Sequence record: ON287376.1
Direction: 5' to 3' (one strand)
Length of the DNA stretch: 64,000 bases
In this document: positions 38,999 to 48,709 of the stretch, in pieces
Position numbering within the stretch: the first letter of the stretch is position 1
Layout: each line of letters opens with the position of its first letter
Program-made: the position numbers and the translations under genes
Notes under the pieces: generated by a model
The model's database searches: none
What the model was told of the DNA's origin: nothing
Seen by the model: only the letters and a program-made list of their open reading frames with translations

Positions 38999-39991
38999 AT
39001 GTCTGTTATGAACTTTGAGAAATTTGTTACCCGTGAAAAGAATCGTTATTCTGTTTACAAGCTTCATGAAATGTACATCATGAAAGATAACGATGAAATT
39101 ATCTCGGTGCTACGTAAAGATCGCCCTCTGGATTCAGAAACAGAGATCGTCGTTATTACTGAGCGCGGTGAGTCGGGTATCTGGTATCTGGGCTTGCAGT
39201 CCGGCAACATGAATAACCGTAAGGAGATTAAACGTCTCCTGAAAAGAAATGCACCTAAGGGCGTTAAGTTTGAGTTCTTCGAAAAGATCCGCTTCAAAAT
39301 CGATGGCAATCAACGCTTCCTGACATCTGCGGGCAATCGTATCGCAGAAGGGGCAATGAACGAAGACTTCAACAACTGGCGTGGGCCATTCAGTGGCCGG
39401 CAGTGGAAAGAAGATCTGGGTGGTAAATTCAAAGACTACCTGAAAGAACAGTTCGACTTGCAATGGGCTCACAAAGCCATTTGTCAGCGTCGCGGTGAAT
39501 ATCAATATCTGCCCGATGTTGCGCTGTTCTTCGACACCACTAAAGATCTGGTACTGAAGTTGATTAAGCGCCCCAATGACAAGGATAGCTGCGAAGGCTT
39601 CTACGTCGGTACGCTCTATGGTAAACCATTCGGTTACCACATAGACGGTAATCAACCTAAGATCACTCAGATCGACGACTACGTCCGTCGGTCGGTTGCT
39701 GACATCACACAGACTCCAATCGAATCTGTCGAACTCGAAGGCGAACGCTTCGCTACGGATGTTAACTACGATCGCGTTGCTGACCGCTGGATTCTCAACT
39801 CTACGATCGGTGAGATTGGTCATTTGGTCAAGGGGGTTCGTCCTGATAACACTTGTGATATTCGCAAGCACGTTAAATGGACATACCGCGTTAATGGATT
39901 TGCTCTCAACGAAATTCCATTGTTGGAACCGTTGTTGGTAGAAAGTTTCCTTCGTGGTTACCATCGTCTTATTCAGCACACCACCGTCTAA
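38999..39991 (+). CDS. Hypothetical early protein
   Basis: GAGGAG RBS; 330 aa; own promoter and terminator. Confidence 0.8.
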   Translation: MSVMNFEKFVTREKNRYSVYKLHEMYIMKDNDEIISVLRKDRPLDSETEIVVITERGESGIWYLGLQSGNMNNRKEIKRLLKRNAPKGVKFEFFEKIRFKIDGNQRFLTSAGNRIAEGAMNEDFNNWRGPFSGRQWKEDLGGKFKDYLKEQFDLQWAHKAICQRRGEYQYLPDVALFFDTTKDLVLKLIKRPNDKDSCEGFYVGTLYGKPFGYHIDGNQPKITQIDDYVRRSVADITQTPIESVELEGERFATDVNYDRVADRWILNSTIGEIGHLVKGVRPDNTCDIRKHVKWTYRVNGFALNEIPLLEPLLVESFLRGYHRLIQHTTV

Positions 39992-39998
39992 GTGGCAT

Positions 39999-40030
39999 AA
40001 AAGAAAGGGCATTGCGCCCTTTCTTTTTTT
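39999..40030. terminator. Bidirectional terminator
   Basis: aaaagaaagggc-attgc-gccctttctttttt. Confidence 0.85.
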
Positions 40031-40039
40031 GTGTTTTTT

Positions 40040-41293
40040 TTAAGCGGGACGAACACCAGTACGAGAATGAGAACTGCCGCCAGCTTGATAATACTTCATC
40101 GTAACAGTACGCAGAACGATGTAGAGAATAACACCGGTACGTTCTGAACTTACTGGGGTAGGCGGATTACGACCCGTGGCTTTACGAACGAGATCGTCGC
40201 CGTTGGTACGCAGGAACATGACATCCGGCTCTTTGTTACGCGAGGCGTTGATAACACCTTTCAACCCAGAGATTAGCTCTGCCAGGTTTTGAGGGTTAAT
40301 ACCACGAGCATGGATAAAGTCGAAAGTATATTCCAACGTTCTCTCAACAAAACTTTTCACCTTCTTGCCTTGTGGCTTAGAGTACATCGTAGAGATGAAC
40401 GTAAGCGTCTCTGTTAAGAGTTTAGGCTGAAGGCTAGGGTTTGTCTTACTAATCAGATCAACGAGCTCCGGTTTGACGAAGGAGCTTGTATCAGTGATAG
40501 TTTCGTTGAGGTAACGACGGTACATCGGGAACAGACGTTTAACGTCGCGTACTTCTAACGAGCCATCTACTTCAACCATAGTCGATGTAGCAATTACACG
40601 GTCGCCTGCTTCTTTGACTTGATAGTACAGCGCAGTCAGCGTCTTGATCACTACGCGGATACGGGTCTGTATATCTGACAGGATGTATTTCACATCGTCG
40701 TCGTCATTGAAACGAATAAAGGATTCGTAGTGAATCCCGTTAGTAGCGATGATTGACTTGGCACGTTCCTCGATTAACTTAGCCCAGGTCTTGTATTGCT
40801 TAAGGTCGTACTTGTAGGACATTGCCTCGTAAGTACGCAGGGCGATCTGGGGATCGGTACCGTACGGGAAGTACTGCGTTAAAATACCGCAGATGAACTT
40901 AAAGTGCAGGACACGAATAATGTCGATTGCGCAGTTCGTCTTTTGAGTCGGGTTCAACTTATCGCTAGTCAATACCCGGTGAACGAAGTAAATCGTTGTC
41001 AGGTTGAAAGCGTCAGTTGTAACGATGTGGTTAGGATCGATGTTGTCCAGGTTATCGATGTTGATCTTTAACGTGTCCATATCGGTCACTGCGATATTGT
41101 CGAACCATTCTTTCAGTTCGGTCATCGTCCAACGAACCTTGTGCGCTGCCAATAGCCCTGAACCAAAGAAGGCTGAGTGCTCGCCTTTGTTCATGAATAC
41201 ACGGACAAAGGTATTTATTTTTTTGGCTAAGCTAGGGTCAAAGGAGATGTGCGAATAGGTGCTGTCGAAAAGCTGTTTGATTTCCACGGACAA
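40040..41293 (-). CDS. Conserved virion protein of phiKZ-like phages
   Basis: 417 aa near the terminase block; TATGTA 28 nt upstream on the same strand. Confidence 0.7.
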   Translation of the reverse strand: MSVEIKQLFDSTYSHISFDPSLAKKINTFVRVFMNKGEHSAFFGSGLLAAHKVRWTMTELKEWFDNIAVTDMDTLKINIDNLDNIDPNHIVTTDAFNLTTIYFVHRVLTSDKLNPTQKTNCAIDIIRVLHFKFICGILTQYFPYGTDPQIALRTYEAMSYKYDLKQYKTWAKLIEERAKSIIATNGIHYESFIRFNDDDDVKYILSDIQTRIRVVIKTLTALYYQVKEAGDRVIATSTMVEVDGSLEVRDVKRLFPMYRRYLNETITDTSSFVKPELVDLISKTNPSLQPKLLTETLTFISTMYSKPQGKKVKSFVERTLEYTFDFIHARGINPQNLAELISGLKGVINASRNKEPDVMFLRTNGDDLVRKATGRNPPTPVSSERTGVILYIVLRTVTMKYYQAGGSSHSRTGVRPA

Positions 41294-41344
41294 GGTCCTT
41301 TGGTCAGTTATTCAAAAAGTTACATACCAACCGATTTCAAACAA

Positions 41345-41385
41345 TTTTCAAGTCTATATAACCGTGGCGAATATCCAGAAGTAAT
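41345..41385 (+). promoter_or_regulatory. Putative early promoter, ~40-bp repeat copy
   Basis: ttttcaagtctatataaccgtggcgaatatccagaagtaat. Confidence 0.7.
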
Positions 41386-41420
41386 GGGTAAAGTTTAATA
41401 ATCGAATAGGGTAATTCTTA

Positions 41421-41753
41421 ATGGCTATCAATACTATCCTAGATGCAAAGGTTCGTCTCGAAGAACTTCGTAAAGTGGTAGGTTCCGTTTCTCTCAATAA
41501 TGACGAATCGCGTAAGCACGCTTTTTTAACGGTGCGTACAATTACAGTAGGTATTGCTGACGTCATCATGCATGACTTCGGTAACGATTACGCTCGGCTC
41601 TTACTCAGCGCCGATCATTATCAGCTTTATATCTGGGCAACCGCTACAGCGTTCTACTGCAGTAAGATGTTAACGGAAGATAACTCTTCTAAGTTAATTC
41701 GTGCAATCCATTTCCTCGACGATCAGATTGAAGATCAGCTCGAAAAACTGTAA
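41421..41753 (+). CDS. Hypothetical early protein
   Basis: 110-aa helical ORF. Confidence 0.65.
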   Translation: MAINTILDAKVRLEELRKVVGSVSLNNDESRKHAFLTVRTITVGIADVIMHDFGNDYARLLLSADHYQLYIWATATAFYCSKMLTEDNSSKLIRAIHFLDDQIEDQLEKL

Positions 41754-41793
41754 TTCCATTTAATCCATTTTCACTAATAAAGAGGTATTTATC

Positions 41794-42228
41794 ATGGCTA
41801 TCAACTTCACCGAAAAACAAACTCGTTCTATCACTGCTGCGCGTATCGCTGGTCTGGTTCAGGCATTGGCTCATGAAGTCGCAATGTTCGGCCGTGATCC
41901 ACAAACTCTGCTGGAAACTGAATACCTGCCACTGTACTCTCAACTGCAGGATCTGGGCTTCAATGCCAAAGGCGACATCAAATGGATGTTGCTGCAGGAC
42001 CTGGAGCGCAACCACGGTATCGCGTTCCACAAAACCGATCTGGGTTTCGGCTTCCAGTTCAAAGGCCTGACTCTGGAAGTAGCTTCTAAAATCGAAGCGC
42101 AAAACTCAACTGGCGGTAAGGATTTTCCTTCCGTCATCCGTAACCGCGAAGCCAAATACAAAGGCTACGAAGTCGTTTACGCTGTTGCAACTAAAACCGG
42201 TAGCGACCACGCGATCGTACGCGCTTAA
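41794..42228 (+). CDS. Hypothetical protein, probably highly expressed
   Basis: GAGGT RBS; strongly biased codons. Confidence 0.8.
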   Translation: MAINFTEKQTRSITAARIAGLVQALAHEVAMFGRDPQTLLETEYLPLYSQLQDLGFNAKGDIKWMLLQDLERNHGIAFHKTDLGFGFQFKGLTLEVASKIEAQNSTGGKDFPSVIRNREAKYKGYEVVYAVATKTGSDHAIVRA

Positions 42229-42263
42229 AATCATCGCCGTTTTTCGATAAGTAAGGAAACAAA

Positions 42264-43028
42264 ATGACCATTAACAAATTCCCTCATGAAGTCTCTGAGA
42301 AATTGGGCTGGTACGTTTATACTCTCACTAATCCTCTGAATAATGACGAGGTGTTCTACGTTGGTAAGGGTTGTGGTAATCGCATCTTCGCTCATGTTAA
42401 TGATCAACTCAAAGCCAAGGATGCGAGTAACCTTTCACTTAAACTGGGAACGATTAAAGAGATTCATGAATCCGGTCTGGAAGTAGGTCACAACATCGTG
42501 GCCTACAACTTAAGGGATGAGGCGGAAGCCTTTGCTGTAGAATCTGCTTTGATTAACGTCTACCCTAACTTGACAAATGAAGTCAAAGGACACGGTAATA
42601 AATTCGGCGTACTTACTGTCGAAGAAGCCATTGTCCAATACGGGGCTGAGGAAGCTGTTCTGGAAGATGACGTCTTGATCATTAAGATCAATGACAGTTA
42701 CGATAAGATGAGTACTTACGACGCAGTACGTTTCTCCTGGCCAGTAGTCGTTAGTCGCGCTAGTAGAGCTAAAGCTGTGCTGGCTGTTGCTAACGGTATC
42801 GTACGCGGCGTTTTTGAAGTAGACAGTTGGAAACCTGCTACTCCAGAAAACTTCCCTGAGATGTATCGTTTAAGAACCATCGAAGATGTTGCTAAAGAAA
42901 GCAAAAGAAAAGCTTTCTCAGGAAGGGTGGCTTCAGAGCCACTCTATTCCCGTTACATTAACAAAAAGCTCCCTGCTGAATATTCCTTAAAAGGTTCTCA
43001 GCAATCAATCCGTTACAATTTCAAATAA
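42264..43028 (+). CDS. LEM-3-like GIY-YIG nuclease
   Basis: WYVYTL..P...VFYVGKG.GNRIFAH, EAEAFAVESALI and LTNEVKGH. Confidence 0.88.
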   Translation: MTINKFPHEVSEKLGWYVYTLTNPLNNDEVFYVGKGCGNRIFAHVNDQLKAKDASNLSLKLGTIKEIHESGLEVGHNIVAYNLRDEAEAFAVESALINVYPNLTNEVKGHGNKFGVLTVEEAIVQYGAEEAVLEDDVLIIKINDSYDKMSTYDAVRFSWPVVVSRASRAKAVLAVANGIVRGVFEVDSWKPATPENFPEMYRLRTIEDVAKESKRKAFSGRVASEPLYSRYINKKLPAEYSLKGSQQSIRYNFK

Positions 43029-43038
43029 GGAAACCATC

Positions 43039-43389
43039 ATGCATAGCGTAAACGCCATTATCCGTACTATCGAAACTAACCCAGAGTTTGACAAAATCGC
43101 TGCCCCGTTCAACCGTACCTTGGTTCTTACTCGTAAAGGTAAAGTCAAAAAGATGATCAAAATGATCGAATCTTTGGCTAACGAGCCTACTGAACTGTAC
43201 GTTATCAGAATCGAAACTGGCGATAGCTGGTTCAAAACTCCAGTCGGTGGTGATCACTGGATCCTTAGCCGGACTGAAATCTCTCGTCTGCGTGCCGCAC
43301 TTTATCGTGCGATCGAAAAGGACAGCTACCCTGTCAAGCTGAGCCGTACCATCGTTCAGTATCAGCCGATCGTAAACTTCGTAAAATAA
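43039..43389 (+). CDS. Hypothetical protein, tandem paralog 1
   Basis: Shares LSR.[ED]..RL...L.R.[IL]E....PV with the next gene. Confidence 0.7.
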   Translation: MHSVNAIIRTIETNPEFDKIAAPFNRTLVLTRKGKVKKMIKMIESLANEPTELYVIRIETGDSWFKTPVGGDHWILSRTEISRLRAALYRAIEKDSYPVKLSRTIVQYQPIVNFVK

Positions 43390-43410
43390 TTAACTTCGAG
43401 GCCAGAACAA

Positions 43411-43788
43411 ATGAGCACCATGGAAATTCTGTTATCCCACGTCGAATCTAAAGTTTGGCACAAGACTATCGATATTAGCTATCGCGAAATGAAACGCGCT
43501 GTATCGGCTTTAGAAGAGTTGTTGGATGAACCTGTACAGTTTGTCAACTTTGAAGATGGCGCTATGCGTGATCGGATTAGCGACTCTGTGAATGAGGTTT
43601 TGGAGTTGTCCACCGCTAAGTTCTGGCCTGGTTGGAAATTCATCTACAAAACCGAAATCGTTTATACTCTCAGTCGACTGGATGCAATCCGTTTAGTCGG
43701 TGAGCTGAAACGTCGTCTGGAAACCGGTAATACTGCGCCTGTAAGCTTCACTATCGAACGCATTCGCAGACTGCCTATCATTCGTTAA
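43411..43788 (+). CDS. Hypothetical protein, tandem paralog 2
   Basis: Same C-terminal motif as 43039..43389. Confidence 0.7.
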   Translation: MSTMEILLSHVESKVWHKTIDISYREMKRAVSALEELLDEPVQFVNFEDGAMRDRISDSVNEVLELSTAKFWPGWKFIYKTEIVYTLSRLDAIRLVGELKRRLETGNTAPVSFTIERIRRLPIIR

Positions 43789-43853
43789 TAAAACTATAGG
43801 AGAGGGCTACGGCTCTCTCCGTTTATTTTCTCTATTTTAAAAAGGATACTATC

Positions 43854-44174
43854 ATGGAACAGCGCATCTTCGATTCAGTTTTGGTTGCAGACTACAAAAA
43901 GACTATCATCCGTACTTTAGATCGTAAAACTGTAGTTATTCCACTTGACCAAATTCAAAAGGTCGCCTCTTTCGTTTCGATCACTAAAGATGAAGCTACC
44001 GGCTTTGTTCGTTTCTCTTTCTTTGGTGAGCGTAAAGATCTTTTTGTTCAAGTGGACTTCGGTAAGATGGACGAAGACACTCTGCAATACCCTGGACTGA
44101 TCCGTGAAGGTATCCAAACTGTTCTGGATCGTATCATCGGCTGCTACAACGTCGACGCTATTGTTAATAAGTAA
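43854..44174 (+). CDS. Hypothetical protein (PH-like?)
   Basis: AAGGA RBS; VVIPLDQIQKV pattern. Confidence 0.7.
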   Translation: MEQRIFDSVLVADYKKTIIRTLDRKTVVIPLDQIQKVASFVSITKDEATGFVRFSFFGERKDLFVQVDFGKMDEDTLQYPGLIREGIQTVLDRIIGCYNVDAIVNK

Positions 44175-44184
44175 GGAGTCAGTA

Positions 44185-44595
44185 ATGAGTAAGAACGAAG
44201 AACATCACAATGCGGAAGCGCGCTTAACTGTACAATCTTTCTTCGAGGCCTTGGGTCTGCGTACTCAACCTAAGTTGCCGGAAGGGATTATTGGTTACAA
44301 CGGCCAAGTAAACATTTCGTTGCTCCGTGGGATTATTAACGCGCATCCTCTGCGTCAGTTGATCCAGGTTTCTAAAGCCAAGTCTGACTTCACTAGTTTG
44401 CCTATGGCCGTGCAGGATATCGTCAAGGCACTGTCTCGTTATGAAGATAGCGAGTGGGTACTCACTAAGTTTGGGGTATTCAAGTTTAAGGTGAAGAAGC
44501 CGCAGGAAGAGATTCAAACCGTGATTGAAAAATACCGGAACGAGATTCCTAACCACGTTTACGACAAACTGAAAAACGCATTGAAGTCGTGGTAA
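44185..44595 (+). CDS. Hypothetical protein
   Basis: AAGGAG RBS, ATG 44185. Confidence 0.7.
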   Translation: MSKNEEHHNAEARLTVQSFFEALGLRTQPKLPEGIIGYNGQVNISLLRGIINAHPLRQLIQVSKAKSDFTSLPMAVQDIVKALSRYEDSEWVLTKFGVFKFKVKKPQEEIQTVIEKYRNEIPNHVYDKLKNALKSW

Positions 44596-44808
44596 ACCAC
44601 TCCCTTTAATTCATTTTTTACGTCGTGTCTTATAGTGTGCTAAAAGCACACAAGACATCTCGCAAGAGGGGTCACGGCGGAGCCTGTGACTATTAGGGGT
44701 TAGAATGACTGAGGAATGTAATGACGAAAGGAATTCCCTAAGAGTACGGCTAGCTAAATACCCTAGATGAATTAGTGTGATTATAACTCAATAATCCACG
44801 TCTAAGAG

Positions 44809-45168
44809 ATGGAAAATACGATGAGAAGAAACCAAGCAGTAATCGATAAATCAATCGAAGAACTGAACGATCTGTGCATTGGTGGCCCAGAGACTAAAGA
44901 GAAAACTCTGGCAATCAGCTCTGCTATGATGCAGATCTTTACCAACGGCTTAGGCTTGATGGTAAGTGCCTCTGAGGAAGGGAAGTATCCTCTGGGCAAA
45001 TACGATTCATTCGCTGAAGTAAGTTTAGCGTCTAGTCGTATCTACGGTCAGATCGTAGTCTTCCGTGTACGCATTGGTTGGCAGGACACGACGTTCACTC
45101 GATTCGTGTTCCTGGATGAAGCAGGTGCTCCAGCCGCGGCCGTTGATGATATCGGTACTCCGTACTAA
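44809..45168 (+). CDS. Hypothetical protein
   Basis: 119-aa ORF followed by a terminator-like hairpin. Confidence 0.65.
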   Translation: MENTMRRNQAVIDKSIEELNDLCIGGPETKEKTLAISSAMMQIFTNGLGLMVSASEEGKYPLGKYDSFAEVSLASSRIYGQIVVFRVRIGWQDTTFTRFVFLDEAGAPAAAVDDIGTPY

Positions 45169-45295
45169 GTAAAAATGATCCAGCTCATTCCTCTAACCAG
45201 GAGTGGGTTGGGTTATTCCTTTTATTTTTTGACGCTATGTATCCATGGTATAGCGATTATGCTAGTTTAACTATTGAAAACAAGGGAAGAGAAAC

Positions 45296-45943
45296 ATGTC
45301 TGATACTCGTAAGCCAACTAAGATCCTGAGCATGGGTAAGCTCGTAGTAGAAGAGCAAATGGTTCGTGTGGTCGATATTAATCTTCTGGATCAAAACGGT
45401 GCACAACGCCCGGATATGGAAGCATTCAATCCAGCCTTCGGCTTCACTAAAGATCCGGTAGTATTCCAGAACCCAATGGCAATGTTCGGTTGCGCCAGCT
45501 CTATCGAAGAGCTGAACGAGGCGATTAAACCTCACTACGAAAACCTGCCGTGGGAACTGTTCGAACTGATCGCTACCTTCAGCGAGACGTTCCGTATCTC
45601 CATCATGGTGAGCGCTAACAAAACGATCACCGCGCTGCTGGAAAGCAACGAAAGTACCACGCTGGCCTGGTGGGTACCTAACCAGGGCGTGATCTATACT
45701 TCCTCTACCGATCGGGTACAGGCGATTCAACGTCGTCCACTCAACCCATCTGAAGTTCTGTATGCATTCAGCATTGCGTTGGCACAGCTCGGTATCGGCG
45801 CGCCAGCGGTTAGCATCTCTCGTACCGAAGACAACGAAGGCGTAGCGGTTACTTATATCGACCAGGAAATGGCGATGAGCAACCCAGGTGCGTGTCGTAT
45901 CTCTTTCGTGTTCCCATCCATGGCCACGGAAGTAAAACACTAA
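45296..45943 (+). CDS. Hypothetical protein, probably highly expressed
   Basis: 215 aa, biased codons, terminator at about 45956-45977. Confidence 0.8.
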   Translation: MSDTRKPTKILSMGKLVVEEQMVRVVDINLLDQNGAQRPDMEAFNPAFGFTKDPVVFQNPMAMFGCASSIEELNEAIKPHYENLPWELFELIATFSETFRISIMVSANKTITALLESNESTTLAWWVPNQGVIYTSSTDRVQAIQRRPLNPSEVLYAFSIALAQLGIGAPAVSISRTEDNEGVAVTYIDQEMAMSNPGACRISFVFPSMATEVKH

Positions 45944-46063
45944 TTCATTCGACATGAGGGAGTTCGCTCCCTCTTTTTGTACAGGAGGATATAAACGCGA
46001 AGTGGTAACACTCTCCTCTCGCCAAGGTACTCGTTAAACACGACTACTTGAGGAAAAAAGAAC

Positions 46064-46732
46064 ATGCGCATGGTATTCTGGACTCTTGTCCTTTGCTTGG
46101 TAACCTTCAGTTTCCCAGCAACCGCATCTGTATCCGTGAACCAGGCCGGTTGGAATAAACACAAAACCGTCTTGCTTTCTACGTCCAAACGTACGGACGT
46201 AAACATGATGGATCTAGTCATTTTGGCTAGCATCGAATCAACTATGGGTCAAAACCGACATAACCGTTCCAGCTCCGCCGCAGGTCTGTTTGGGTTCACC
46301 GACAGTACGTGGCGTGTAATGGTTAAGCGTTACGGTAAGCAGTACGGTATTCGACCTGGCACCAGTAAACAAAACCCGCGGGCCAACGCTTTGATGGCTG
46401 CGGAATACATCAAGGAAAATCAACGATATCTTGAGAAGCAACTTCACCGTAAAGTCGGCATCGAAGAAATCTACATGGCTCACTTGCTCGGGCCTGGAGA
46501 CGCTGTCAAGATCCTCAAAGCGCGTAACAACCGTTACGCTTCTTCCGTAACGCCTAGTGCTGCTCGGGGCAATAAAGCGTTCTTCTACGATAAAGGACGT
46601 GCTCGTACTGTAGCAGGATTTAAGCAATACGTTCATTCGAAAGTTAACAGCCACCGTAAAGCTTATAAAAGCGAAGTGGTTCTCTTAGCTTACAAACATC
46701 AACTCCCCCTAACTTTAGCTGACGCAACTTAA
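46064..46732 (+). CDS. Lytic transglycosylase (phiKZ gp144-like catalytic domain) with signal peptide
   Basis: ASIES catalytic Glu, SSAAGLFGFTDSTW, YMAHLLGPG; N-terminal MRMVFWTLVLCLVTFSFPATA. Confidence 0.88.
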   Translation: MRMVFWTLVLCLVTFSFPATASVSVNQAGWNKHKTVLLSTSKRTDVNMMDLVILASIESTMGQNRHNRSSSAAGLFGFTDSTWRVMVKRYGKQYGIRPGTSKQNPRANALMAAEYIKENQRYLEKQLHRKVGIEEIYMAHLLGPGDAVKILKARNNRYASSVTPSAARGNKAFFYDKGRARTVAGFKQYVHSKVNSHRKAYKSEVVLLAYKHQLPLTLADAT

Positions 46733-46841
46733 GCGTTCCGGGAATAACGAAGTGACCATGGCGAGAGTAACTCATCCTTTCCTCTAGTTAATTCTAGAGG
46801 AAAGGGATCTATTCACTATTTTGTTAAAACAAGGAAACAAA

Positions 46842-47366
46842 ATGATTCACTATTCTCTGACTTTTCCATGTGGTTTGATCGAACGTGTCTCTAAGAAAGG
46901 AGATGCAACTATCGTCACTGCTAATATCGCCAAGGGGAATTTCCACTTTAACGTACGCGGTGTTCGGGTCTACGATTCTTCCGTAGATAAGAAGCTCCCT
47001 AAGGAACATAAGGCTGCTATCGAGAAGTGTGAGCTCTACGGAGTTTGGCTGCATGTTCAGAAACACGGCGTCCCACCGAAGGTTCAGTTCTTCTCAGACC
47101 TGCCGTATTACTTAGACGACTCGAAAGAGTTCCCTAAGTTCGTTCAGAGTTTCTGTGGTAAAGATGCCTCTGTGGTCGAGCTCTATTTCAAGCCAGGTTA
47201 TGACGATGACCTTTTCAAGTCTATCGTAGAGGCCGCAGGTCGACCGGTACCTTACCTCAACCCGATTAACCGACCTACGCTTTATGATGCGTTGACTTTC
47301 GACGTATTCGCGTCAGCGTTCAACCCTCGTGAACTTAAACAAAACATGTCTCGTGCAAAAGGATAA
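46842..47366 (+). CDS. Hypothetical protein
   Basis: AAGGA RBS, ATG 46842. Confidence 0.7.
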   Translation: MIHYSLTFPCGLIERVSKKGDATIVTANIAKGNFHFNVRGVRVYDSSVDKKLPKEHKAAIEKCELYGVWLHVQKHGVPPKVQFFSDLPYYLDDSKEFPKFVQSFCGKDASVVELYFKPGYDDDLFKSIVEAAGRPVPYLNPINRPTLYDALTFDVFASAFNPRELKQNMSRAKG

Positions 47367-47372
47367 CTGAAA

Positions 47373-47981
47373 ATGAAAACTGATTATATCCAAGTCTTTA
47401 ACTCCGGCTCAGTAAACGTTGAATCTCGCAGAGTAGACAACGACCAACTCCATTATGTCATTCGCATTGATGGTGGCGTTCAGGTTACATTCACCTCCGT
47501 AAAACTTCCACTGACCTTCGTACTCGAGCGAGCTTATATCCTGCACTACTACGAAAACTATGGTGGTTCTAACTATTGGAAGAAAGCGGTCCCTTCTGCT
47601 ATCGCGGAAGCCCTTCGTACCATCAGCACTACTCATCTGGTCGGGGAAGTTTATCTCGATACTTTCAAGCGTCTGATCGTTTCCGGCCAGGGTCGTTTGA
47701 ACATTCCCCACATGGTGAGGGAAGTTGCTAAGTTGATCGATATGGGTACCGAAGATTTTACTGTTAGGGTACAACGTTTCGAACTGAGTACCGACAGCAA
47801 GTTCCAGGTAATTCAAACTCTGTCAGCGGTATTCGATTTCGGCGAAGATCATTTCCGCCCGACCAAAACGGTCACCTTCACCCGCGTCGTTCCACAAGGC
47901 GCCTATCCGTTTAATTACCAAGAATTGGCTCAAGCTATGCGCGCTGAAGTCAATTTAGTTATCCGTGACATCAACGGCTAA
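47373..47981 (+). CDS. Hypothetical protein
   Basis: 202-aa ORF in the operon. Confidence 0.7.
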   Translation: MKTDYIQVFNSGSVNVESRRVDNDQLHYVIRIDGGVQVTFTSVKLPLTFVLERAYILHYYENYGGSNYWKKAVPSAIAEALRTISTTHLVGEVYLDTFKRLIVSGQGRLNIPHMVREVAKLIDMGTEDFTVRVQRFELSTDSKFQVIQTLSAVFDFGEDHFRPTKTVTFTRVVPQGAYPFNYQELAQAMRAEVNLVIRDING

Positions 47982-48041
47982 ATAACAACATACTCGCCTA
48001 GGGAATTCCCTAGGCGTTTTATACCGTATATCGGAGTAGTC

Positions 48042-48620
48042 ATGAAAGATTCAATTAAACACGCGTTTCGTACCGTACTTGAAACATACCGTACTGAGAT
48101 AGAGCCATCACGAGTCATTAGCGACCATGGTGGTATTGCCTTATTCCACCAATTTGAAACTGATTTACCAGAAGAACACATCCATACGGCTGCATTGATT
48201 AACATTACAGATCACGTAGATCTCTTCGACATTGATCCTCTACGTGGTATCTGCCTACCCTGTGCATTATTTGTTACTGCCTATATGCAGGATGTTTACG
48301 GGTATGACGTAGTTAGGCAGGATCTTAAAGTACCGAATGAAGACTTCAGTGATTCGGTATTCCTTCATACTTTCATCTTGGAAGACGGTCTGCACTTCGA
48401 TACATGTTACGTCGAAGGTCTGCGCTATATCCACGATCATCCTTTACTGCGCCAATTCGATGAAGACGAAGATTGGTGGTTATCATTCTCGGATACTAAA
48501 GAAGATTACGGTATTATCCATAAGGGTACGGAACTTAGTGACTTCTTCGTTAAATGCGCTGATTTGATCTACCCCGCTGCGTGCTCCCGTACGGAATTCA
48601 AAAAGATATTCCTTAACTAA
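48042..48620 (+). CDS. Putative papain/transglutaminase-like Cys-His-Asp enzyme (paralog of 11524)
   Basis: RGICLPCALFV...LHTFI...HFDTCYVEG. Confidence 0.55.
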   Translation: MKDSIKHAFRTVLETYRTEIEPSRVISDHGGIALFHQFETDLPEEHIHTAALINITDHVDLFDIDPLRGICLPCALFVTAYMQDVYGYDVVRQDLKVPNEDFSDSVFLHTFILEDGLHFDTCYVEGLRYIHDHPLLRQFDEDEDWWLSFSDTKEDYGIIHKGTELSDFFVKCADLIYPAACSRTEFKKIFLN

Positions 48621-48709
48621 GTTACGTAAAAAATAAACTCATCATCGTAGTCTATGTACGGGATTCTCTTTAGAGTATCCTTTAGTTCATTAACGAAGAG
48701 AGATTTCTC

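Noticed and set aside
44709-44729. CTGAGGA...GAAA resembling a hammerhead ribozyme core
   Set aside because: Stem II cannot close (A opposite C), and no convincing stem I or III flanks a cleavage triplet.
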